64,000 nt of DNA from Geosiphon pyriformis uo1 (lineage: Eukaryota > Fungi > Glomeromycota). The notes below the pieces were generated by a model, which had not been told where the DNA came from, searched no databases, and saw nothing but the letters and a program-made list of their open reading frames with translations. The position numbers and the translations under genes are program-made. The stretch lies in assembly GCA_016748015.1 (NCBI GenBank), contig JAAOMT010000678.1:166389-230388 (forward strand), written 5' to 3'. Below, piece after piece: positions 53,051-64,000 of the stretch; the stretch's first letter is position 1, and every line of letters starts with the position of its first letter.

Positions 53051-56000
53051 AGGCAGGCTGATTTTTGATAAGGTAGATAGGTGTTGTTTCAATTTCTTCT
53101 GTTTCTTCAGGTTCTCCAAATTCAATTTCATTTTCATTATTTTTGCTGGGCAAGAGAATACTAAGAGCATAGCATTCAGGACACTATTGTTCATCACAAG
53201 GCATAATGCATTCTTCACATAGCCTAATGTTCATTTGCTCTAATCGTTGAATTTGAGCTTCTTGGGTCGGATAGGTGTGACTTGCAATTTGGTGGTAGAC
53301 TTCTACTTCATCTTCGTAATTGAATCCAGCTAATTCCATAGTGTATTCAATGTATTCTGCTTCTTTCATTTGACGAACATCTTCTTTGGTAGCTCCATTA
53401 ATTAATGCCATTGCTAGGTCGAAAATCATCTTAGCATCATGAGAGTAGTGATAAAGTTTGTTGAGAGCACTGTTGTATGCTGCATTAAAGGGTGTTCCTC
53501 TTTTTACTTTTTCTGAAATTGATAAAGCATATTGGCAGGTCTGATTGCAGACGCCTCCTCTCATTGCTATATCAATCCAATTGCATTCTTCTAGTAGTAT
53601 ATCTCCACAAGTCAAACAAGGGGTATTGTCCCATTTTCCGCTCCTTTTTATTAGATGGCCCCATCGCTCTCTGTGGCAAGCCTTGCAGTAATAACAAGTA
53701 TGATTCTCATATTCTTTTTCAGATGAAATGCAGGCTCCCATTGACGATAGTTTCTTGTGGCAGTCCTTATATTTAAGGGGAATATAGGGGCGTTGTTTCT
53801 TTGGTTTGGTTTTTGAGTAAGGTATATTCCATCCAGAGGTTTTGGGTTTAGTGTGTGGAGTAAAATGTTCTTGTTCTGTTTCATCGGCCCAGTTGGACAT
53901 TGATCCAAGAGCCATGAATGTTTCGATTATTGGTTTTTCTTCTTCTGGTTCAAATTCAAAAGCCGGGGCTTTTTCAGATCGTTTGTTGAATGTACCACAA
54001 ATGGCAGGTACCCGGGCGTGTTGTCCTTGGTAGGAGATTGTTAACTCTTGTGTTTCCCAATTCAGATTAGCATTGGCTTTTTGAAGCCAATCATTTCTGA
54101 CGAGAGCTTGGTACTGGGGTGCGTCCATTACAAGAACTTTGACTGGAATGGTGATTTCATCAAGAGTGAATGAAAAATTGTCAATTTCTCCTACTGGTGT
54201 CTTTTTCATGCCATTGGCAGTGATGATTACTGTTTGAGCTGGTCGGTCGACATTTCTTTTCAACTGTTGTATTAACTGGTAGGTGATAATGCTTCCAGCG
54301 GATCCACTGTCTAGGATCAAGCGAATTGGCTTTCCTTCTACTTCAGCTTCTGTGTACATTGCAGTGATGGCTTTTTGCTTATTAGCCGCTGCATTGCTAA
54401 GCAAGAATGGTGATTCATTTGCTTCAAATTCAAAAGGAAAGATATCAAAGAGATTGGCATTTTCAGCAATTTGGGCTGGTGGAATAGTGGTGTGATTATG
54501 AGAAGGGTTTGGTTGTTGTTGTGCTGCAGCTCTACCTTCTGAGAGTGCAGTATGGTGAAAATCCTGTTCTTCTGGCATTGTTAAATAACTGGGTTGAGCG
54601 TGGTAGTGGTTGGGTCTTGGTTGAGTGGGATTTTGGAGAACCAATTGGTTGTTCGAACTGATTCTATTTTTGTTCACTTGGTATTGGTTTTGTGGTGTGA
54701 ATTGATTTTGTGTAATCAGTCTTCGAGTAGGTACTTGATAATGTTGTGTGGATGGTTGTTGGTATTGCTGTTGGATTGATTGTGGGGCAGGCTGATAATA
54801 GTTATTTTGGTATTGGGGTCTTGGTGAATAGTAAGCTGGTGGTGATGGTTGATAATAAGATTGCTGTGGTGGAGAGTAACATTGATTACCCCTGTTTTGT
54901 TGGTCTCGCTGTAGCTTTCTGCAATCTCTTTTCCAGTGGCCAGAGATTCCACAGTAATGGCAATTCTGGGACTGGTTATTGGAAAATGATGCAAAGTTAT
55001 TTTGATTTCGTCTTTGGGGTGGTTGATATCTTTGGGGTTGTTGTTGTTATTGTTGGTTGGTAAAATAGTTTTCGACCTTCTTTGTGAGTTGGTTAATTTT
55101 TTCCTCAGCTGCTGAGCTGGTTTCTCCAATTGCCAAATTTACAAGTTTTGTATGATTGGCTTTTTCTATGGCCATTTCGTATCTTTTTGCATGCTGTATG
55201 GCAGAGTTTAAATCTTCTGGCGCGTGTGGGCAAACCTTTTTAATTAGTTTATCCTTTAGACCAGTGATAAATTGATCCAAGATTTGAGCATCAGAATAAT
55301 AATCGTTTGTCTCGAGTTGGTGAATTTGTCTGAGAAGTTTGTTGAATTTTCCAATATAAGTCATAACGGATTCGGAGGGTTCTTGTTTGATATTTCGAAA
55401 ATGATTGCGAAGAGTGATGGAGATATTATTGTCAGTGAACTGTTTAAGGAAGGCTGCTTTGAAAGCATTCCAATCATTGAATGAGGCAGCAAGGTTTTCA
55501 AACCATTCTCCTGCTGTTCTTTTGAGAAAGTAGGGAATTGTTCTCAACATTCTGGCAGCATTCCATCCATTTGCATCTCCAGCTTTAGTAACTTGGTCGA
55601 GCTATTCTTGGGGACTGGTCTCAATATCTTCTCCATTGAATTTAGGGATTTTTGCAATGTATGTTGTCATTTTGTCTTCTTCGTTTTCACTGTTTATTGA
55701 TTCTTCTTTGGTTATTTCAGAGTTGTTTTCTTCATTTGCTGCTGTCTCAGAGTGTTCACTTTGGTTTTCAGCTAGAAAATCAAGGAGATTGGAACTAGTT
55801 TGAAGAAGTTCTTGTTGTCTGATGAGACTTCTAAGTGATGTAAAATCTTCTGGTCTTGTAAATCGATTCAAGGGTGAATTAGTTGTTTGGGCTTGTGCAA
55901 GTGAAGCTGGAAAAGGTGTGATAATAAGTGAAAGTTTTGAGCTGGTTCCTTGTTCAGGTGTTTGTAAATGTTTGAATGATTTTTTGGGAGTATTGGGTGT

Positions 56001-56435
56001 TGTGTGAACAGGTCGGTTATCTTTTTGTCTTTTGTTGTTACTGGTTTCAGGTTCAGATTCGAGTTCAAAGGCAAATTGTGTGTTTGCAGGATATTTTTCT
56101 TCACAGAATCAAATGATATTATAATCAAGTTTCTCAAAATAAGTAGCGCAAGCTTCAGCACTAATGTTTTCTGATTCAGTGTTAGAATAGTGTAGTATGT
56201 TCTCAAGAAGATCTCTTTTAACTGTTATAATGTTATAGTTCCCAAAGAGGTAGTCATTGATTCGATTTTTAATGTATTGAAAAAGTGTTTTCTTGAAAGC
56301 TATGATTCCGTCGCATATTTCAAATTGTTGTTTGTAGTGTGTGTAAATCGATTGATAGTACTCTAAGGTTGTGATGTCTAAGGCGGTCGCCACTTTGAAT
56401 TTGTTGCTGTGTTATTTTTGTGGGAGAGCACCAAA

Positions 56436-57417
56436 TGTTACTGGAGTTTTTGGTCTCTTTTCTTAAATGTTGTGGATATTTATTTGCTGTAAATTCACAT
56501 TTTCTGGATGTGGTTGAACCTCCAGTAACTGAATTTTTAACTTCAAATTATCTCCTATAATTTGAACTGTTGGGCTTATAAATGGAATGACCAATTCCTT
56601 GCCAGTTACTTTATGTAGTTACATTGTAGTAAATGTCAACTCTTTCCCAGGAATTGCTCGTCTAGAAGCTCACTAAAAATGTGTAGTTGCTTTGCTGTGA
56701 AAGTCAACTCTTCTACAGGAATCTCGTCTATAGGTTACCCTAATGATTATGATAAGAAAATAAAAGAAAATAAAAGAAATGTAAAAGAAATAGAATTTTG
56801 TCACAAGAAACGTTTTTTATCCAGACCTGAAGTCACTAACAGTTTACTGAAATTGGTAGCTAATCAATTTCGAGATGTTAGTTGGGTTTTGGGGATTTTC
56901 CAAGTGCAATAATTAAAAAATTTGGTTTTTCGAATTATTTGATATTTATTTCTTTTTTTTGTGTGTATAAGAATAATTCTAAGAGATAAATCTAAAGTAA
57001 GATACATTTTCTCAAAAAAAGAAGCTCTTTTTTTATACAACTTGTTGTAACACTATTTTATGAACTTGAACTTTGCTATTTCCTACAATTTTGCTGAACT
57101 AAAGATATATTTCGGCGAACTACAAGTTATTTTGACGAACTATTAGATTTTTCGGTGAACTATCAATTATTTTGGTGAATTTCTACAAATTTCGGTGAAC
57201 TTCTGAATGTTACATAGTTCAGGGTATTGCATGATTGATCATCACAATTAGGTTACATTTGTGTTGTGTACAATTTGGGTTATTAATTAAATGATAATTT
57301 CAGACATTTTTTTGCTAATGTAATAAGTGATCATTGAAACGATAATATATGCTAATTAAACTAGGAATTATAAGATAATTTCATGCTAAATAATATCTCT
57401 AATTTCATCTGATAACA
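56436..57417 (-). repeat. Gypsy-2 5' LTR
   Basis: Direct repeat of 49346-50329, followed on the minus strand by the PBS. Confidence 0.95.
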
Positions 57418-58073
57418 ATGTGTAGACAATGCATGATTCACGCCTAGTATAGATCATTTCCTTGATGTGTAGCTCTAGGTAGTGTTTGGACCTCACTCAT
57501 AAAATGAAATAAAAAAAAAACATATTATATTTAATTATAATAATATTATAATTAATAAAATAACTATATATATTTTTTTATGTTTTAACAAAATATGATT
57601 CAATTATTATTTAATACAATATATTAAAAAAGTAATCTAAATTAAATATAAATCATGTATTTTTTATATATAATTAATTATTTATATTAATTAAAACACA
57701 AATTAAGCTAAATTAAAAAATTAAAAGAAAATTTAACTTTAAGATTAACAAAGTTTTTAGACAAATTAATTAAAACTTTAGTTATTTTAAAATTTTAATG
57801 TATATTTTTTACAAAAAAAATAATTAAAAAAACTAAAAAACCAATTAATTTAAAAAATTTAGAATTAACTATAGAATTAACAAGAATAATAACCAAAAAT
57901 ATAATAAAAAAACCAATAGTATAAAAGTTTTGACTTAAATAAAAACTTAAAAAATAAAATAAAAACATTTTATAATTTATAAATAAATAATCTAAACTTT
58001 AATACTTATAGCAATAATTAAATATAACAATTATATAAAGTATTAGTTTTAAAATTATAATATTTAAAATTTT

Positions 58074-58157
58074 TAAAAATTTAAAAATTACAACAATAAA
58101 ATATTGCTAACTAAAAATTTAAAAATTACAACAATAAAACATTGCTAACTAAAAATT
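58074..58157. repeat. 38-bp tandem duplication
   Basis: TAAAAATTTAAAAATTACAACAATAAAAYATTGCTAAC x2 plus a partial third unit. Confidence 0.85.
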
Positions 58158-59152
58158 AAGAAAATAAAAAATATAACATGTATAATTACTAATTTAAAAA
58201 ATTAAATTATTGATTTTAAAAACTGTATAGCCAAAAAAAATTAATTAATTTGGTTTTAAAAATATAACAAATTTTTTTTATTTAAATAAGAAAAAAATTT
58301 TAATATTGTTTTTTTTAATTAATACAGACTAATAAACAAAAACAGCAGCAGCAAAAAAAACTTTTTAAATTAAACAATAACATATTATTACAAACCAACA
58401 AATTTTTACTTAATAAAAAAAACTTTACCAAAAATTCCAAAAACATTTTTAATATTATTAAAAAATATATTAAAAAAAAAATTATAAAATACAATAAAAA
58501 AAAAAAAAAGCAAAAGCTATTACAAAAAATTTTATAATCTTAAATATAATTAAAAAAACAGAATTATTAATAGCAATTTTGATAATAATAACCAAAAAAA
58601 TTTTTAAAGCAAAATTTACACAAAATAATTTAATATTGTTTTTTACAGCTAATTTAATTCAATAAAACCAAATAACAAATGAAATAAAAAGTTAACAAAA
58701 GCTAATTTAATCTTAAATATAATATTAAATATGAAAATAAAAACTATCTATTTAAAAAAAAAATTTATTTAATAATTGTTTTTAAAGTATTTTTTAAAAC
58801 AATATTAAAAAACAAAAAAAAATTATTTTAGTTTCTATTTAATTAGTTTAATTTTTAAGATTAGATAATTAATAAGTTAATTAAAAAAAAAATACTTAAA
58901 AATATGTTTTGTTTATACAAATTTGTTAAAAAAAATTATTTTTGGCAATATAACCAGTAATTAATTTTGGTTTATTTTAAAAAACATGTTATTATTGTTA
59001 ATATTTACATTAAAAAAAGACCAATTGTTATTATAAAAATTTTGTCCAAGATTTTATTTAAAATTATAAAAAATTTTAGTGTATTAATAGTAAACAAAAA
59101 CAACTACTGTTATTTTTTGAACTTTTTAGTTTTTTTGATTATTTACAAAATA

Positions 59153-59183
<31 letters not shown>

Positions 59184-61055
59184 AAACAGAAAAAATCAGT
59201 CAGTTAATTGACTTATTATTAAAAACTTTTAAGTTTGTAGAAAGATAAAAACAATATTAAGACTAATTTAAATATGTTTTTTGAAAAAAACTTTAATTAA
59301 AAAAAACTACTAGCCAAAAAAAATGCTTTAACGATTACTAAAAACAGCTTTATACTATTAATATTTAAAGAAAATACTATTAAAATATTTTGTTTAATTA
59401 TCTTTACAATAAAAAACATTTTTTTTTTGAAATTTTATTATTCTTTGTTTTGGTTATAATTATAAAAATAAAGTTTTTTAACTTATTTATAGTTATATAT
59501 ATGTATAAATTAGAATTTAAAATAAAATATTGCAAAATTATTAATATTATTATTTAAGAAAATTTATTAATAAATAAATTTAAGTTAAAAATTAAAAAAA
59601 TAAGTTGATTAATTAAATAATTAATATTCTATATGTAAAAAAAAACATGTACCTATATTTATAAAATAATAAGTTTTATATATTTAATAATAATTGAATT
59701 ATATTTTGTAAACCAATAAAAAATGAAATCTAATTTAATTTTGACAATCTTATTTAAAATATTAAAAGTTTGTATTGAAATTTTAATAATTTATAAAATA
59801 AAATATACATCTAAATTAAATACAGTATAAAAGAATTGGTTTTAAAAATTATTTTAAATACAATAAATAATTACTTAAATTAAAATAAATAAATAAATAT
59901 ATTTCAAATGTTTGTAAAAACAATATTTTTTCTTGTATATTTTTTTAAAGCTTGAAAAAATACTTTTTTTAACAAATTATGAATTTAAATAAATTTACTT
60001 ATTAATATCATTAATTTAATTATTTTTTATTGTATAATGAAGAAAAATATAATTAAAAATTTTAATTGTAGTTTTTGAAATTCTCATAATGGAAATACGT
60101 ATGAAATTTTTGTGTTTAGTATTTAAAATAAATTTACGAGAAAAAATATAAAAAAAATCTTAAAATAAACTTATTTATTTGAGTTTAATAAATTAAGCAT
60201 ATTAGATTATAAAAAAAATTATGTTTATTTTAAAACTAAAAATATTTTAATAATCCAACTTATTTTGAAATTTTGAGAAAAATTTTTTTTTAAATAATGA
60301 AGTAATAAAAATATTTACGGATAGATTACCAAATTATTTAAAAACGTAATGAAAAAAAAACGGTTTGTTGGTTAGCCATGTTTTTGAATTTGAAAACCTC
60401 AAAAGTAACAGCTAAAACATTATAATTTTCCATCTTATTAAATAATCACAACAGTGATTTATGATGGAATATTTTCGTGATGATAAGAACTTTTGATACT
60501 ACGCCACCCGATTAGGAATAATTTGAATGTTCATCCAGTTTGCAAGCTTGCATGCGCGTCAAGTATTTTAATAATTTAGTCTAAAATTAAGAATTCTTAA
60601 CTGAAAGGAGATTATATACAAAGTTACAAATCTGATGTTATTATTCTGTCGTGCTCTTTTTTATGCAGAATTTTATCCTTTGACATTTGTTTTTACAAGA
60701 ATTCTGGCCTAAATAAACATGGATGCCTTGTTCGGTTATTATGACCTCAATTACGAAGAAACCAACCCCAAATATCGTCAGACGTTGAGCCCATAAAGTG
60801 ACGCTTATTGATGCCTTTTTGTACCTTAAACTTATGCGATTTTGGTGAGACACCCTGAATAAAATTATATCGCATCTGATACGAAAAAACTCAGGTGCTC
60901 TGGTTTGCCTGACCTGAACCGTCTGATTGTTCGAGAAAAGGGGACTTTAATCTTCATGCAATATTTTATATCACATCTTAATTCCTTGTGCCAAATCTGT
61001 TCGTCGTATATCAAGAGGCCCTTTTTTGGTTTAACTTCTTGTCCAAAAATATTGA

Positions 61056-64000
61056 TCATACTTCCCCAAATAGACTGATCCCAGGAATTCTATTTAAGTT
61101 GAGTTTAGTGTTGGATTTATTGCCTACCCCTTCTGAAACAGTATTCCCTCTTCTCCGCCCACCACTAACTGGCTTAAAGCTGGCCTTAGTAGAGGAGTCT
61201 TTATCTGACTTTTTAACATCGGTTGGAAGGGAAGGTGGATGTAGTAGTACTTCAATGTCAGGCAACATTGACCTTGGTGAAGATGTTTTGTTGTTTAGAG
61301 GATAATTTGACGGCGTTCCAACCTTGGAATTGGAGTTAAGGAGAGTGGATTCGTCCTTGTCAGAGGTCGCAGGAGCTGGTGATGAAGCATCTCTTGCATT
61401 TGAACTTTCATTTTTTGGATCAATCTCAATCGTCCCTTCACTTTTTCTGATTCCATTCTGTGAATCTTTTCCTCGGTTGATCAGCCCTTTATCCTTTTGT
61501 TTCCCTTTTTGTCTCAACTCTTCCCCAACCTTTTTCCACCTTCTCCAACCATCAAAATCAATTAAAATTTGCATACAGCCCCATTCTTTGATTTTCTTTT
61601 TTAACCATATTAAGCTCACTGGCTTTGTCAGAAAATCATTGCATCCAGCTGTCAATGCATTTTGTCTGTCTGAAGGTAGTGATGAGGCGGTCAAGGCTAC
61701 TATGATGACAGGAGAGCGAATTATAGGAGTCGTAGGTGGACTTTCTATGAATGACATATCTTGGGGCGTGGATAAAGGTGTGGATGCGATAGATGATGAA
61801 GCAGATAATGACGGTGAATTCAACGATACCGTGGATGGAGTTGAAGGTAATAATCCGATTTTTTGCGTCTTCTCAAGTCGTCTTATTTCTTTCGTGGCTT
61901 CAATACCATCCATAACAGGAAGTTGAATGTCCATCTGGAAAAATCAAATATTTTAGCCCAAGTATTATGTAATCTTTAGCAAAAGCAAAAAATTAAAAAA
62001 TTTCATCTATTTTCATATAAGCTACGTTACGCAATTTTTCTCTTAGCATCCCTTATCCGTGAACAAAATTTGAAGCCTCCCAGATTTCTGACTACCATTC
62101 CAAAAAGCTCGAATACGGGCTGAATTTGTCAACTCAGAAGATTTGTTTCACCCATGACCGCGAACTTGAACCCCTTCATGATAATTCAGAGATCGGGGAA
62201 GCTCAAATTTTGTTCAAAAATGCAAAAAACTTGATCCCGAAAGGAATTATTATTATTATAATGCCCGTTTTCAACTCGTTTTTGTGGGATGTTATTAAAA
62301 TTCCAGTTCTACGAAAATCGATTGATTTAAACTCTACTCTTGAACGGTTTCTTACCAAAATCAAATGGAAACCCCCTTGTTTCCACTTATCGACAGCCTC
62401 TGCACCATTGCTCGCACATTCATATTTGATTTTATTTTTACGCATGAACCCTGATAAGATCGCCTGATTGATAGGATTATCTTTGATAATAGATTTCCAT
62501 CAAAATTAAACCTTGTCAACTTTATTTAGAAAACAAAGACTTTTTTCACAACTGACCTTCCACAATTAACACATTTATCGGCGGTATTACATCTTCCAAA
62601 TTTCCTGTTGACGATTTGCTTGTCTTGTTGATTTTGCCCGTTGGTTTTGTCATAGGAGAGGTGGCTGTGAGTCTCCTGGTGTTTGAGCCTGACGGTGTGC
62701 TCGATTGTTGAATTGGTAAAGGGGGTGATTGTAAAATTGGTGAATTATCCAACTTTGATGGTGTTGTTTGTTCATTTACAGCATTTGGTAATTCTGTACC
62801 AGATCCTGCTATAATTCTAGGGGATGATACTAAACCCGTTGAATTATTAGAAATTCTAGGGGAAAATTGACTGCCTCCTCCTAATTGACTATTAAAAGCA
62901 GTATTTATAGCGGTACTTAAAGCCACTTCGTTGGATTTATGACGACTATCTTGTGAAGATTTGGATTTTGGTATGACGAGCAATCCGCCACCAGGGCCGC
63001 TTCTTGGGCTTAAAGGGCTTCCTACAGTAGTGGAAGGACGCGAAATAACGTTTGACCCGACCGAAGAGCTAGCTGAGCTTGATCTTAAAACAGTATTTTC
63101 TGATGTGAAATAAGAATTCCCGGTTGTGGTCTCTTTTAAGCTTTCATGATCCAATGAGTTGCTTTCAGAGTCCGCATGATATTCATTAGCAGGTCCAATG
63201 GTGTATTGCTGACCGGGACTCATAGGAGATGTAGCGATAGGCATATATACAGAATCGACTACAATCTTGTTACTAGCTGTATGTAAGGCGGTCAAAAATC
63301 TTCGTGGACCTGCTGGTTTGGGAATGACGAGAACCTGTGGTAATGGAAAAGATCCGGTTGTTGTTGGTGAAAAAATTACTTGAACAGCGTCTTTGACAGA
63401 TTTATAATTCGCTAATGATGTAAAATGAATCACGGCAGCTGTTTGCTGCGGCAAGTTGGGGGTTTGTTGACGCTTGCTGCGACCACGTGCATTTAACATA
63501 GAAGCAATTCCACCTTGAAAAGGTGAATTTCGAAGTTGTGTGAGTTGCTCTTTTAATGTCTCAACATCATCGTCAATAATAATGAATGTAGGGGGTGTAT
63601 GTGATATAATTTCATTTGAATGATCTTCAAAACTTTCCGGCTCTCTTGATGATGATAATGATGATGATCGTGGCGGTAAACGAGGTAGATTAACAGGCGA
63701 TCCAAAATTTGAACTGACGGATGTAGTTTCGGATCGAGGTGTTTCCAATTCTTCCCCACCAATCGGAATATGCGATATATCGGTACTCCAGATTGTTAAA
63801 TAAGAGGTTAGATGTTTAGCAAAAAAGCTATTCGTCATCGTATGCAATGCAACTTTAAGTCCTCGTAAACTTTGTGAAAATCTATTTAGGTCTTCAATGG
63901 ATGGTTCACCGGAAATTCTCAGATGTGGAAAACGTTTAAGAGTTTCTTCGTTTATATTCGGAACTTTTGATTGTTCAAGAGGTGGGCCAACCATTAACTC
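61056..64000 (-). CDS. SSK1: SSK1/Mcs4-like two-component response regulator, 3' part (5' end outside the window)
   Basis: Exons 64000-62557, 62480-62356 and 61934-61056 splice in frame to a receiver domain: PPINVLIVE|DNPINQAIL...NGAEAVDKWKQGGFHLIL|MDIQLPVMDGIEATKEIR...IIVALTAS...GCNDFLTKPV...EWGCMQILIDFDGW. The tail is typical of fungal Ssk1. An alternative last exon from 60854 is possible. Confidence 0.88.

Larger units (their letters stand above)
49346..57417 (-). mobile_element. Gypsy-2: Ty3/Gypsy element with dUTPase, integrase largely deleted
   Basis: LTR pair, 4-bp TSD ATGT (49342-49345 and 57418-57421), PBS ~56421-56433, PPT ~50333-50343, gag, protease (LILDSGSAG), dUTPase, RT and RNase H. 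Only the start of the integrase ORF remains. Confidence 0.95.
42579..57518 (+). mobile_element. LINE-D, youngest full-length non-LTR retrotransposon (APE-RT-RNase H), with Gypsy-2 in its 3' UTR
   Basis: 5' UTR, ORF1, ORF2, 3' UTR resuming at 57418 and poly(A) at ~57511-57520. Candidate TSD AACATATTA (42570-42578 and 57519-57527). Confidence 0.93.

Noticed and set aside
57530-60300. Extremely AT-rich tract with a YIKKRP...FYL hint of a Crypton-type tyrosine recombinase
   Set aside because: Too decayed to confirm catalytic motifs by eye; a translated HMM search would be needed.
60641-61059. ORFs downstream of SSK1 and a possible extra exon (donor GTATGA near 61061, acceptor at 60855)
   Set aside because: Splicing is feasible but unsupported without transcripts; likely 3' UTR.
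60988-62467. Plus-strand ORFs at 60988, 61324 and 62126
   Set aside because: Antisense shadows of SSK1 exons and introns.

Overview
AT-rich, intron-containing fungal DNA. The repeat content (dUTPase-carrying Ty3/Gypsy elements, RNase H-carrying LINEs, a lipase-3 pseudogene) suggests Glomeromycotina, possibly Geosiphon pyriformis; that is an inference and was not checked. The key observation is a 43-codon ORF at 365-496 (+), below the ORF-track cutoff: MQPTTNNQSSFNPLTIIAPGNGSIKGPTGDPDDGSGTGQCSIM*. It ends in a CaaX box, resembles an a-factor-type lipopeptide pheromone precursor, and has a TATA box and HMG-box-type motifs upstream. Other host sequence is a lipase-3-like pseudogene (~3.0-4.4 kb), a 7-exon coiled-coil gene (7.3-8.6 kb) and the 3' part of an SSK1/Mcs4-like response regulator (61-64 kb, minus). 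The coiled-coil gene lies in a ~4.5 kb inversion whose breakpoints split a pogo-like transposon and a LINE. About 10.5-57.5 kb is a nested island of four LINE copies and four Gypsy elements. The Gypsy elements share a dUTPase, a Cys-rich insert, an apparently separate integrase ORF, an extra 3' ORF, a GTG at the start of gag and RCAT target sites. All repeats show C>T/G>A decay that is not limited to CpG.
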